A stretch of 64,000 nucleotides of DNA from Bacteroidales bacterium (GTDB lineage Bacteria; Bacteroidota; Bacteroidia; Bacteroidales; UBA4181): assembly GCA_031547085.1 (NCBI GenBank), contig JAVBSH010000128.1:39632-103631 (forward strand), given 5' to 3'. The position numbers and the translations under genes were made by a program. Position 1 is the first letter of the stretch. Every line of letters begins with the position of its first letter. Positions 36,770-46,307 of the stretch are shown one piece after another. Below the pieces are notes generated by a model. It worked only from the letters and a program-made list of their open reading frames with translations. It was not told the DNA's origin and ran no database searches.

Positions 36770-39133
36770 ATGGTTAAAAAGCAGGCGACAGCCTCTCAGA
36801 AGAAGAAATTTCTACATATTTTTTGGGGAACGGCAGCAGGATTGTTCCTGTGTGTGATTCTTTTGTTTATTTTGATAGCCAATGGAAAATTTGGTTTCAT
36901 GCCTACATTTGAATACTTAGAAAACCCGAATGCCGATATTGCATCAGAAGTATATTCGTCTGACGGTGTATTATTAACCACTTTTTTCCTGGAGAAAAAC
37001 CGGAATCCTGTTGAATATAAGGATCTGCCTCCATATTTGATCAATGCCCTGATTGCCCGTGAGGATCATCGTTTTGTCGACCATTCGGGAATCGACGGGT
37101 TAGGTTTGATGCGTGTGGCGGTAAAAACCGTGCTGTTGCAGAAATCGGGCGAAGGCGGGGGAAGCACCATTACCCAACAGTTGGCCAAACAATTGTTCGA
37201 GCGCGATACTACCAGATACAACTGGGGAATTGCACAAAAAATGCACATGGCAACTATTAAGTTCCGCGAATGGGTAATCGCCGTGCGGCTTGAGAAACAA
37301 TATACGAAACAGGAAATTGTCACCATGTACCTGAATATGGTGCCTTTTGGAGGCCAGATTTACGGAATCAAGTTGGGTGCACGCAGTTATTTCGGTAAAA
37401 GCGTCGATTCGCTGAGGATTGAAGAAGCCGCCATGCTGGTGGGAATGTTGCAGCGTCCCACTTACTACAACCCTGTGAAACATCCCGAAAGGACGACCAT
37501 CCGGCGCAATGGTGTGCTGAGCAAGATGGAAGAAAACGGGTTCCTGAGCCGGCAAGCCTGCGATTCGCTCAAACAGATACCACTCCAACTGAATTACGAG
37601 CGGCTCGATCATGAAACGAGCAGCGCTCCTTATTTCCGCGAATACCTGCAACAGATCATGAGAAAGAAAGAACCTGTAAGGAAAGACAAGAACCCGGAAA
37701 GTTTCCGTAAGGATTCCACACAATGGGCGGATGATCCGTTGTATGGGTGGTGTAATAAAAATTTGAAACCGGACAAAGCACCATATAATTTATATACAGA
37801 CGGACTGAAAATATACACTACGATCGATTCGCGGATGCAGAAGTATGCCGAAGAGGCTATGGAGAAACACATGAAGGAAAAACAAAAGGAATTCTTCAAG
37901 GAAAAGAAAGGCCGCAAAAAGGCTCCTTTCTCAACCGACTTAACCGATAAGGAAATTGAAGATATCATGATGTCGGCAATGCGCCGGACGGAGCGCTATA
38001 ATTTGATGAAAAACCGTGGTGTATCGCAGAAAGAAATCCTGAAAAAATTCCAGGAACCATGCGAAATGACTGTCTTTTCATGGGATGGCGATAAAGATAC
38101 GATCATGAGCCCGTGGGATTCGATCCGTTACCATAAAGCGTTCCTGCGCTCCAGCATGATGGCTATGAACCCGCATACCGGTGAAGTAAAAGCATATGTG
38201 GGCGGTATCAACTACCGTCATTTCAAATATGATGGGGTAACAATGCAGAAACGGCAGGTGGGGTCTACGTTCAAACCGTTCCTGTATACGTTGGCATTTC
38301 AGGACAAAAAAGATTTGACCCCTTGTTATAAGGTGTTGAATGTGCAGCAAACATTCAACATTCCCGGCGATACCGTTCCGTATGCTCCTAAAAGTTCCGG
38401 AAATAAAAAATTTTTCAATAAATGGGTAACCCTGAAATGGGGCTTGGCTGCATCGGAAAACAATGTAACAGCTTGGTTGTTGAAACAGGTCTCACCGGCT
38501 GCTGTGGCGGATATGGCTCATAAAATGGGAATCACCAGCTATATTGATCCGGTATATTCCATCGTCCTTGGACCAGCCGAACTATCTGTGGCAGAAATGA
38601 CGGCGGCATATTCGGTATATCCCAACGGCGGCGTGTATTCCGAGCCGATTTTTGTAACCCGCATCGAAGATAAAAATGGGAACCTGTTGCAGCGGTTCAA
38701 CTCATACAAGGAAGAGGCTATCAGTGCACAGACAGCCTATCTGATGGTAAACATGCTGATGGGCGTGGTAAGAGGCGGCACGGCATCGCGGCTGCGTTCT
38801 TCAGCCTACCCCTATCAGTTGATGAATGAAATAGGCGGAAAGACCGGTACAACGCAAGCCCATGCCGATGGATGGTTTATGGGGATTACTCCCGACCTGG
38901 TAACAGGTGTATGGGTTGGTGGCGAAGAACGTTCTATCCGGTTCGATGTCATGGAACGCGGGCAGGGCGCGTCCATGGCGTTGCCAATCTTTGGCCTCTT
39001 TATGAAGAAAGTGTATGCCGATAAAAAGATCGGGTTGACACAAGGTCCGTTTGAACGTCCTAATAATTTCAATATTAACCTGGATTGCGGTCCGGATCAG
39101 GATTTGGATGGCACTACCGTCTATGATGAGTAG
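36770..39133 (+). CDS. mrcA: Penicillin-binding protein 1A (bifunctional glycosyltransferase/transpeptidase)
   Basis: GT51 motifs IAREDHRFVDHSGID and GGSTITQQLAK. Transpeptidase motifs STFKP (SxxK), SGN (SxN) and KTGT. Confidence 0.9.
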   Translation: MVKKQATASQKKKFLHIFWGTAAGLFLCVILLFILIANGKFGFMPTFEYLENPNADIASEVYSSDGVLLTTFFLEKNRNPVEYKDLPPYLINALIAREDHRFVDHSGIDGLGLMRVAVKTVLLQKSGEGGGSTITQQLAKQLFERDTTRYNWGIAQKMHMATIKFREWVIAVRLEKQYTKQEIVTMYLNMVPFGGQIYGIKLGARSYFGKSVDSLRIEEAAMLVGMLQRPTYYNPVKHPERTTIRRNGVLSKMEENGFLSRQACDSLKQIPLQLNYERLDHETSSAPYFREYLQQIMRKKEPVRKDKNPESFRKDSTQWADDPLYGWCNKNLKPDKAPYNLYTDGLKIYTTIDSRMQKYAEEAMEKHMKEKQKEFFKEKKGRKKAPFSTDLTDKEIEDIMMSAMRRTERYNLMKNRGVSQKEILKKFQEPCEMTVFSWDGDKDTIMSPWDSIRYHKAFLRSSMMAMNPHTGEVKAYVGGINYRHFKYDGVTMQKRQVGSTFKPFLYTLAFQDKKDLTPCYKVLNVQQTFNIPGDTVPYAPKSSGNKKFFNKWVTLKWGLAASENNVTAWLLKQVSPAAVADMAHKMGITSYIDPVYSIVLGPAELSVAEMTAAYSVYPNGGVYSEPIFVTRIEDKNGNLLQRFNSYKEEAISAQTAYLMVNMLMGVVRGGTASRLRSSAYPYQLMNEIGGKTGTTQAHADGWFMGITPDLVTGVWVGGEERSIRFDVMERGQGASMALPIFGLFMKKVYADKKIGLTQGPFERPNNFNINLDCGPDQDLDGTTVYDE

Positions 39134-39142
39134 CCAGATTCC

Positions 39143-40291
39143 TTGAACAACAGAATGATTAAGGTATCAACGACATACCATTTTTCCCCGGTGCCGCAAG
39201 AACCACAGGTAAGGCCTCCCACAGGACAAGACCGTTCGCTCCAGATGAATATACCTGTCCGGAAACTTGAAATTGACCTGGACCGGGCACAGGAAGTGAT
39301 TGAACAGGCTGAAAAACGCGAACAGGCTATCATTTCCCGGAAGCGTCGTTCAGCAGCGCCAGTGGCGGAACAGATCAGGGAGACATCTATTGAAATTGAT
39401 TCGCTGATGGCAAAATATCAGGCTATCGGATGCTCGCCACGGGCAAACTTTCCAGACACATTCTCGCTGACGATTCTTGAGCGCTACTATCAACCAATGA
39501 CGGGTGCGTTGAAGTCCGACACCATCAATCATGCCTCTGATGCGGATAGCTTACAGCTTGCAGCGCCTGTTGCAATCGTGAATATTACGCCTCCCCCTGT
39601 AACTGGGCTTGTCAGCGCCATGCGTCCGGAGGGATATCCGTCTGCTGTCACCTTATTTTTAATGTGTGCATTGTCTTTGCTGGCTGGTATCAAGTTCCAT
39701 TTCGGGGAAAACCTGCGGCAAGCCATCAAATCTTTTTTTAATTATCAGCAGGCCCGCCGGATGCTTGTAGAACGTCGCGAATCCGATAAGCAAGCTACCT
39801 TATATTCCAATATTTTATTTTCGTTCGTAGCCGGTATATTCATATCGCTGGTATTACCTTTTTTCGGCATCAGCCTGCCTTGGGATAGTTATGGCTTGTC
39901 GATTGTGTCTTTTTCATTAGCAGTAGGCTTGCTATATATGGTGAAAGCCGGAATCTGGAAAACACTTGGTGTTGTATTTGTAGTCCAACCATTTTCGAGG
40001 GAATATGTTTACAGTATGTTCTTATACAACTGCAACCTCAGCCTGTTCATCTTCCCGTTTGTGGCGGCTATTCCATTTGTTTCCGGCGAAGTATTGCCAT
40101 ACTTGATATTTGGTGCAGCAACCATCCTGGGGATCGCGTACTTGTTAAGGATTTGGAGAATTTTTCAAATTATTCATGCACAAAATGCACCAGTGTACTA
40201 TTTCATTTTGTATCTTTGCACGCTCGAAATTTTACCGCTTTTGCTATTTGTCAAAGTCTGTAAAGTATTGAATGATTGTTTAGTGATGTAA
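39143..40291 (+). CDS. DUF4271-like multi-pass membrane protein
   Basis: A soluble N-terminal ~150 aa is followed by about 6 TM helices. Its position immediately upstream of hemD matches the DUF4271-hemD pairing I recall in Bacteroidetes. Confidence 0.55.
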   Translation: MNNRMIKVSTTYHFSPVPQEPQVRPPTGQDRSLQMNIPVRKLEIDLDRAQEVIEQAEKREQAIISRKRRSAAPVAEQIRETSIEIDSLMAKYQAIGCSPRANFPDTFSLTILERYYQPMTGALKSDTINHASDADSLQLAAPVAIVNITPPPVTGLVSAMRPEGYPSAVTLFLMCALSLLAGIKFHFGENLRQAIKSFFNYQQARRMLVERRESDKQATLYSNILFSFVAGIFISLVLPFFGISLPWDSYGLSIVSFSLAVGLLYMVKAGIWKTLGVVFVVQPFSREYVYSMFLYNCNLSLFIFPFVAAIPFVSGEVLPYLIFGAATILGIAYLLRIWRIFQIIHAQNAPVYYFILYLCTLEILPLLLFVKVCKVLNDCLVM

Positions 40292-40369
40292 TTTCAGCCT
40301 GGTTTTTGAGGGTTATGCAGACTCGCGAAATTCAGGTGTTTGCTTTATCAAGAATAATATTATCATACT

Positions 40370-41122
40370 TTGAAGGTTAAAAAAATTCTGGTATCACAGC
40401 CGCATCCCGGGGAAACCGAGAAATCGCCGTTCACCGAACTGGCTGAAAAATACCATGTGAAAGTTGAGTTCAGGCCATTTATCAGGGTCGAAGGTGTGAC
40501 GGCGAAAGAATTCCGCCAATACAGGGTTGATATTTTGGCGCATGGGGCAGTTTTCCTCACCAGTAAAACTGCGGTAGATCATTATTTCCGCATTTGCGAT
40601 GAGATGCGTGTAACCGTACCCGATACGATGAAATATTTTTGCACTTCGGAATCAATCGCCAATTATTTGCAGAAGTACATTGTATACCGCAAACGGAAAA
40701 TATTTTACGGGACAAAAGTTGAAGATTTGCTGGAACTGATGCAGAAACACAAGGAAGAAAAGATCTTCCTGCCTCTATCCGACCCGCATAAACCCGAAAT
40801 ACCCAAGTTGCTCGATAAGAAGAAGTACAAGTACACCAAGGTGATTCTTTACCGTACAATTTCCAGTGACTTGTCAGACATTGACATCAAAGATTATGAT
40901 ATTCTGGCGTTCTACAGTCCTACCGAAATAAAGTCGTTGTTCCAGAATTTCGACGGGTTTGTACAAGGCGAAACCAAGGTTGCATGTTTTGGTCCGGCAA
41001 CAGCAAAGGCGGCAAAAGCAGCCGGCTTGCATATCGACATTTCGGCGCCCAAACCCGGCGTGCCTTCCATGACCATGGCCATAGAACAGTACCTGAAAGA
41101 TCTGAACAAAAACGGGAAATAA
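40370..41122 (+). CDS. hemD: Uroporphyrinogen-III synthase (HemD family)
   Basis: (M)KVKKILVSQPHPGETEKSPFTELAEKYHVKVEFRPFI is a typical Bacteroidetes HemD N-terminus. The start codon is TTG at 40370, and no in-frame ATG lies nearby. Confidence 0.75.
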   Translation: MKVKKILVSQPHPGETEKSPFTELAEKYHVKVEFRPFIRVEGVTAKEFRQYRVDILAHGAVFLTSKTAVDHYFRICDEMRVTVPDTMKYFCTSESIANYLQKYIVYRKRKIFYGTKVEDLLELMQKHKEEKIFLPLSDPHKPEIPKLLDKKKYKYTKVILYRTISSDLSDIDIKDYDILAFYSPTEIKSLFQNFDGFVQGETKVACFGPATAKAAKAAGLHIDISAPKPGVPSMTMAIEQYLKDLNKNGK

Positions 41123-41168
41123 TTCCGGATAAAACCTGGCGGACAGTCGGGTGATAACAAATTCTGAA

Positions 41169-41564
41169 ATGGCTATTCCGGTCCATACATTGTGTAAAGA
41201 AGAACGTCTGTGTGGAAAACGTGCCATTTCGGAGTTGTTTAATGGTGGGAATACTTATTTCAAAGCGCCCTATAAGGTGTTCTGGATAAAAATCCCGACC
41301 TCTACTCCATATCCAAGCCGTTTTGCCGTATCAGTACCCAAAAGCAGGTTCAAGCGTGCAGTAAAGCGCAATTTGATGAAGCGTCGCACACGCGAGGCTT
41401 TCCGCGCTAATAAACAATTATTGAATGATGTAATCGGGGATGGACAGCAAATACATTTGATGGTGATATATACGTCCTCTGGTTTATTGACGGTGACGGA
41501 ATTGAACGAAGCAATGAAAAAGATACTGCAACACATTGCCCGACAATATGCCGAATCCGTTTAA
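41169..41564 (+). CDS. rnpA: Ribonuclease P protein component
   Basis: [17 protein letters not shown]...[29 protein letters not shown] is the basic RnpA motif. I preferred the ATG at 41169 over the GTG at 41151. Confidence 0.85.
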   Translation: MAIPVHTLCKEERLCGKRAISELFNGGNTYFKAPYKVFWIKIPTSTPYPSRFAVSVPKSRFKRAVKRNLMKRRTREAFRANKQLLNDVIGDGQQIHLMVIYTSSGLLTVTELNEAMKKILQHIARQYAESV

Positions 41565-41769
41565 ATATCTATTCATTGGCATGGTGAAGTTTTATCAGTA
41601 TTGCATTTCACCGCTCACGCCTGCATCATGTCGCTATACGCCAACCTGCTCACAATACGCTATTGAGGCTTTGCAGAAGCATGGCGTCATCAAAGGCGGA
41701 TGGCTGGCCTTGAAACGCATCCTGCGGTGTCATCCATGGGGCGGTCACGGATTCGATCCTGTCCCCTGA
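41548..41769 (+). CDS. yidD: Membrane protein insertion efficiency factor YidD
   Basis: [59 protein letters not shown] is the YidD signature. It overlaps rnpA by 17 nt. Confidence 0.85.
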   Translation: MPNPFKYLFIGMVKFYQYCISPLTPASCRYTPTCSQYAIEALQKHGVIKGGWLALKRILRCHPWGGHGFDPVP

Positions 41770-42533
41770 CCGTTCCAAATCTCCCAAGCTTTATCCGCCT
41801 GTAAATACAACATATGCTCACCATTATGCACGGCGGCTCCCATCTCCTTCCCTTTGTTCATAAATAATGTTTCCGCAGGATTGTACACCAAATCATATAG
41901 AAAGTGTTCGCTGGTCAGGTATTGATAGGGAATAGCCGGGCATGTATCAGTATTAGGATGCACCCCCAATGGTGATGTGTTGATAATGAGTTTATTAGCA
42001 ACCATGTCGCCGGCTTCCAATTGTTCGTATGTTTTATACACACCCTGGCCTTCGTGACGCGATACGATATGTGTGTCAATATTCAACCGGAATAAAGCGT
42101 ACGCCACAGCCTTCGATGCTCCGCCTGTGCCCAACACCAAAGCTTGTCGCGGAAGCTCAGTATCATGGTCGGAGAACCATTCTTCCAATGATCGGCTGAA
42201 TCCGTATACATCCGTATTGTAGCCTTTCAGGTAAATATTATCACCGTTGCGCACAACCTGTACCGTATTTACAGCACCGGTTTCCGTAGCTACATGATCC
42301 ATTTCATTCATATACGGGATGACCTGCTCTTTGTAGGGAATGGTCACATTAAACCCGCATAAGCCGGGGTGCTGTTTCAATAAGTTAATCAGTTCTTTAA
42401 TGTTATCAATCGGGAAATTCTTGTATGCATGATCTTCAAGACCTTCATTGATAAACTTTTCCGTAAAGTATCTTTGCGAAAAAGAATGTGACAAAGGATA
42501 TCCGATCAATCCGTATAAATAATTGTTATTCAT
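41745..42533 (-). CDS. aroE: Shikimate dehydrogenase
   Basis: [25 protein letters not shown] and the NAD(P) loop [11 protein letters not shown]. Confidence 0.85.
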   Translation of the reverse strand: MNNNYLYGLIGYPLSHSFSQRYFTEKFINEGLEDHAYKNFPIDNIKELINLLKQHPGLCGFNVTIPYKEQVIPYMNEMDHVATETGAVNTVQVVRNGDNIYLKGYNTDVYGFSRSLEEWFSDHDTELPRQALVLGTGGASKAVAYALFRLNIDTHIVSRHEGQGVYKTYEQLEAGDMVANKLIINTSPLGVHPNTDTCPAIPYQYLTSEHFLYDLVYNPAETLFMNKGKEMGAAVHNGEHMLYLQADKAWEIWNGQGTGSNP

Positions 42534-42570
42534 TGTTGTTTAGATGATGATTCAATGTCGTTAAGTTAAT

Positions 42571-42595
42571 GCCACTGACTTGCTGGGTCTTTTAG
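42571..42595. repeat. Partial/decayed copy of the 29-nt hairpin element
   Basis: GCCACTGACTTGCTGGGTCTTTTAGATC compared with GCCACTGACCTGCTGGGTCTCTAAGACC at 8286-8313. The second arm is missing. Confidence 0.5.
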
Positions 42596-42634
42596 ATCAA
42601 AATATCAACAATACCTACAAGAGGTCACTACCAA

Positions 42635-43045
42635 TCAAGACAATAATACGGATAAAAATCCTATGCCAAGAACTATACCTATACGGATAAAATTCTCTTT
42701 TGCAAAACTAGGCGATTTTCTGCGTTTCCACCATAAAGCGGATAAGACAAGTGCCATGTATACCAATCCTGCAAAAAAGATGTACCATCCACTCGTGCCA
42801 TAATGTAATGCAATGAATACTACGCCCATTGTATAAGTTGTAATACTCATTCCGACACATATTTTTGCCAGCGTCATCGGCAGTCCTGTACGTTTTATTC
42901 CAAACAGCGGATACAGGATATACAGAAAAAATAACCCAATCAAGACAATAAATTGAAGTATGGCATAACCGGGTATTTGATTACATATCTGTAATATTCT
43001 TGCCAAAATGAATATACAACCTATTGCGATTTCAAACTTTTTCAT
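42635..43045 (-). CDS. Hypothetical small membrane protein (about 4 TM)
   Basis: 136 aa, almost entirely hydrophobic helices. No family recognised. Confidence 0.5.
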   Translation of the reverse strand: MKKFEIAIGCIFILARILQICNQIPGYAILQFIVLIGLFFLYILYPLFGIKRTGLPMTLAKICVGMSITTYTMGVVFIALHYGTSGWYIFFAGLVYMALVLSALWWKRRKSPSFAKENFIRIGIVLGIGFLSVLLS

Positions 43046-43180
43046 CTGTTTATAATTTTATCTTTTAAGGTCAGATGGAATTAGCTTCGCTGAGCTCCAC
43101 TACGTTCCGGTTCGCCATGGATAATCATTACGATTGGTGAACAGTAAGGTTCATGGCTATTTCATATCAGATATCTTTTT
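43046..43180 (-). repeat. Conserved intercistronic element, copy B (with ~32-nt insertion)
   Basis: It has the same blocks as 19631-19733, plus an insert TAGCTTCGCTGAGCTCCACTACGTTCCGGTTC. Its distal end supplies the last codons and the stop of ORF 43157..43714. Confidence 0.6.
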
Positions 43181-43714
43181 CGTGAATTGCTGCCATAGAA
43201 ACATGTTACTCCCACTGATGTTGATCTCTTTACCATTGTTGCGCAATTCAGTCAAGATATTGTTCAGCAGTTCGTAAGTTTTTATGTCTTTGATAAAGAA
43301 CTGGAACGTTTTGCCGGGGTCATTATCCAATACCAAATAGTTACCCGCTCCTTTCTTCCTGTCGCCATTTCCTAAAAAGCGTCCGGATATACCAGCCATT
43401 TCCTTATAGTCTCCGAAAGAAAACCGGATAGACTTGATGTCATTGCAATCATAAGTTTTTTCAATGGTTCCTTTCTTTGAGACGATATGAATAACATTGC
43501 CAAAAATAACCAATTTACCGGTTACATAGTACCAGGGACATATAAAAGACACTGCCCATAACAGAACACTGCATGCCATCAATACCAAAAAAGGATGGTA
43601 GGGACGAAAGCCATAATAAAGAATCAGCCAGAGGAAGACGCTAAATATTGAAATCCGGCTCAGCCAAAAGAAAATATTGTACTTTACTGTGGAAAACTCG
43701 AGATGAATCTGCAT
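43157..43714 (-). CDS. Hypothetical membrane protein (2-3 N-terminal TM + soluble C-terminal domain)
   Basis: 185 aa. No family recognised. Co-directional with, and 26 nt downstream of, the plug-CTD paralog. Confidence 0.5.
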   Translation of the reverse strand: MQIHLEFSTVKYNIFFWLSRISIFSVFLWLILYYGFRPYHPFLVLMACSVLLWAVSFICPWYYVTGKLVIFGNVIHIVSKKGTIEKTYDCNDIKSIRFSFGDYKEMAGISGRFLGNGDRKKGAGNYLVLDNDPGKTFQFFIKDIKTYELLNNILTELRNNGKEINISGSNMFLWQQFTKKISDMK

Positions 43715-43740
43715 TAAAAAGTATCTGGAAGCTCAAACTG

Positions 43741-44607
43741 TCATTTATTCTTCACTCCTTTTACCATTTTTGTCTGTTTGCCATTATTTACGCTAAAGAA
43801 ATATACACCTGCACGCAAATGTTCCAAAGGAATGGTTTCAATCGGGTTAACGATTTTTTTGGTGTGTACAATAACGCCGTCTTCGGAAAGCACTCTCAGT
43901 ATGCAATTTTCAGCACCTGTGAGCTGCAACGTTCCGGCGAAAGGATTGGGGTAGATTTTCAGGCCGGGGAAAGGATCTTCCGTTTCAGCGAGGTCAACAT
44001 CAGTTTCGATAGCAGGGGCATCTTCGTTTTCCGGTTGTGTAGTCACCAAATCTGACTCTGATGGATATTCTGTTTCGGTCGTGACTGTATTTGTTTCGGA
44101 TTTAACAGAGTATTTGCCGCCTGATTTTGTGACAATGCTAATTACTCCGCCTGCTGCGCCGCGTTCCCCAAATATTGCCAATGCTGAGGCTTCTTTAAAT
44201 ATTGAAAAACTTTTGATGTCCTCGACTTGCAAACGCGTTAAATCGTCTGAAGAACTTTCCATCCCATCAATCAGGATCAGCGGTTGAACGGTTGAAGTTT
44301 CATGAGTACTAGTGAGAAAAATCTGTGTTCCGTCGGTTGTAGTTTGATCAACGGGCCGGGACGAGCTTATTCCCGGGACTCTCCCCCAAAACGTTTGGGT
44401 TAAATTGGATGTCGGCACTTCCAAAACAGGTGCCTTTATTGCTTGGCCGGGGGAAACACTGTTGCTATTTTCATCAACAACAGTGGCATTTTCCTGCGCA
44501 AGAAGTGAAAATGCACAAAATGATAGCACGATTACAGGAATGATGATTGTTTCCAATCTCTTAAAAAGCGCGGTTGCAACAACGAAAGAAAAGAATTGTG
44601 TACTCAT
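43741..44607 (-). CDS. TonB-dependent-receptor plug-like domain protein with T9SS type A C-terminal sorting domain (paralog 1)
   Basis: Signal ...FSLLA|QE. Plug-like block FWGRVPGI...LILIDGMESS...EDIKSFSIFKEASALAIFGERGAAGGVISIVTKSGG. An acidic linker follows. CTD is LKIYPNPFAGTLQLTGAENCILRVLSEDGVIVHTKKIV...LRAGVYFFSVNNGKQTKMVKGVK. There is no beta-barrel. Confidence 0.65.
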   Translation of the reverse strand: MSTQFFSFVVATALFKRLETIIIPVIVLSFCAFSLLAQENATVVDENSNSVSPGQAIKAPVLEVPTSNLTQTFWGRVPGISSSRPVDQTTTDGTQIFLTSTHETSTVQPLILIDGMESSSDDLTRLQVEDIKSFSIFKEASALAIFGERGAAGGVISIVTKSGGKYSVKSETNTVTTETEYPSESDLVTTQPENEDAPAIETDVDLAETEDPFPGLKIYPNPFAGTLQLTGAENCILRVLSEDGVIVHTKKIVNPIETIPLEHLRAGVYFFSVNNGKQTKMVKGVKNK

Positions 44608-44647
44608 GATTCAATATTTTGGTGGATAATGAATGTTTCGAAAACTG

Positions 44648-45508
44648 TTATTTACTTTTTATGCCTTTTACCATTTTTGTCTGTTTGCCATTATTTACGC
44701 TAAAGAAATATACACCTGCACGCAAATGTTCCAAAGGAATGGTTTCGATCGGGTTAACGAGTTTTTGAGTGTGTACAACAACACCGTCTTCGGAAAGCAC
44801 CCTCAGTATACAGTTTTCAGCACCTGTGAGCTGCAATGTTCCGGAGAAAGGATTGGGGTATATCTTCAGGTCGGGGAAAGAATCATCCGTTTCGGTAGGG
44901 TCAATATCGGTTTTGATAGCAGAAACAGTTTCATTTTCCAATTGCGTAGTGTCTAAATCTGGCGCTGCTAGGCTTTCCATTTCGGTTGTGGCTGTATCTG
45001 TTTCGGATTCAACCGAGATTTTGCCGCCATTTTTAGTGGTAATAAGAACAACCCCGTTAGCACCGCGTTCCCCGTACATTGCCGTTGCCGAAGCATCTTT
45101 GAGTATTGAAAAACTTTCGACATCTTCAGGACGTACATGATCAATAGCGCCTTCAACCCCATCAATCAGTACCAATGCTGATGATAATAATGCTGATGAT
45201 GAACAACTACAGTTGATATAAACCTCTGTGCCGTCAGGTTTAGTTTTGTTAGCAGCTTGCATCGAAATTATTCCTGCAACTCTTCCCCCTAACAGTTGGG
45301 ATACAGAGGATATCGGCACTTTCAAACCTGGTGCCGTTATTATCTTTTCGGAAGGAGCAGCGTTGTCATTCCCATTGAGAACATCGGCATTTTCCTGCGC
45401 AAAGAGCGAAAATGCACAAAATGACAACACGATTACAGGAAAGATGGCTTTTTTTGTTGTTTTAAAAAGTCTGGTCATCACAATGAAAGGAAGAACATGT
45501 GTACTCAT
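44648..45508 (-). CDS. TonB-dependent-receptor plug-like domain protein with T9SS type A C-terminal sorting domain (paralog 2)
   Basis: Signal ...FSLFA|QE. Plug-like block LGGRVAGI...LVLIDGVEGA...EDVESFSILKDASATAMYGERGANGVVLITTKNGG. The CTD is nearly identical to that of paralog 1. Confidence 0.65.
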   Translation of the reverse strand: MSTHVLPFIVMTRLFKTTKKAIFPVIVLSFCAFSLFAQENADVLNGNDNAAPSEKIITAPGLKVPISSVSQLLGGRVAGIISMQAANKTKPDGTEVYINCSCSSSALLSSALVLIDGVEGAIDHVRPEDVESFSILKDASATAMYGERGANGVVLITTKNGGKISVESETDTATTEMESLAAPDLDTTQLENETVSAIKTDIDPTETDDSFPDLKIYPNPFSGTLQLTGAENCILRVLSEDGVVVHTQKLVNPIETIPLEHLRAGVYFFSVNNGKQTKMVKGIKSK

Positions 45509-45837
45509 GACGAAAGATTTTAGTGGAATAGGAATGTTTCAAAGTTATAAAATTATTTTAAATATTTTGTCATTTCTTTGAAAAAAATAAATGATCGTGA
45601 GATCGGTTTTGAATTTCTATTTTGTGTCATTGTGGCTAACAGGTTGACACAAAGATACTAAAACAATACGCAACAATTTTTTTATTTTACATGTCCCTGA
45701 GTGAAGATTGTCGAACGATCAAAAGGGAAGTGCCTGTTTTGACAGAAAGCTTTGTTCAGTTGGATGAATATTACTACTTTTGCGATGGAATTCGATGATC
45801 GTTTGGCGGTTGTCAAATTCGTTTTAAGAATAAAAAA

Positions 45838-46227
45838 GTGGTTATAGCGGTAGACTTTGACGGGACAATTGTTGAAGACCGGTATCCGGGCATCGGCAAG
45901 GAGAAACGTTTTGCGTTCATGACGCTTAAAGCCTTGCAAAAGGACGGACATCGTCTGATATTGTGGACGTACCGTTCGGGGCAGGCATTGGAGGAAGCGG
46001 TAGAATTCTGTCGCAAGAACGGTGTCGAGTTTTATGCCGTCAACCGGAGCTATCCCGAGGAAGTGATGGATGAAAGCCAGATGAGCCGGAAAATACATGC
46101 CGACATTTTCATCGATGACCGTAATCTTGGTGGATTCGTGGAATGGGGAAAGGCATGGCAGATCATCAACAACGAACCCTTCCTTGAAGAAACGCCACAA
46201 AAAAAATGGAAATGGTTTAAAAGATAA
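45838..46227 (+). CDS. Small HAD-like hydrolase-fold protein (hypothetical)
   Basis: (M)VIAVDFDGTIVEDRYP carries the DxDGT motif I of HAD phosphatases. 129 aa. GTG start at 45838; an in-frame stop at 45796 leaves no upstream ATG. Confidence 0.55.
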   Translation: MVIAVDFDGTIVEDRYPGIGKEKRFAFMTLKALQKDGHRLILWTYRSGQALEEAVEFCRKNGVEFYAVNRSYPEEVMDESQMSRKIHADIFIDDRNLGGFVEWGKAWQIINNEPFLEETPQKKWKWFKR

Positions 46228-46230
46228 TAA

Positions 46231-46299
46231 TTACGAGTTACAAAGTTACAAGTTACGAGTCCGCGTAACTTGTAACTTGTAACTTGTAACTTGTAACTC
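46231..46299. repeat. Palindromic heptamer array (AAGTTAC x3 / GTAACTT x5)
   Basis: GAGTTAC-A-AAGTTAC-AAGTTAC-GAGTCCGC-GTAACTT x4-GTAACTC. AGTTACAAGTTACG (46244-46257) pairs perfectly with CGTAACTTGTAACT (46264-46277). It lies between the stop of 45838..46227 and the ATG of the cyclase gene. Confidence 0.85.
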
Positions 46300-46307
46300 A
46301 ATTTCAA

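Noticed and set aside
34492-38350. ORFs antisense to topA and PBP1A (e.g. 35990..36511, 37100..37723)
   Set aside because: They lie opposite long genes with strong catalytic motifs, and no independent support exists.
41151-41769. Replication origin near rnpA-yidD
   Set aside because: There is no dnaA, rpmH or yidC neighbour and no cluster of TTATCCACA-type boxes. I found only isolated partial matches (e.g. GGTGGATAA at ~44617 and ATGGATAAT inside the intercistronic element).
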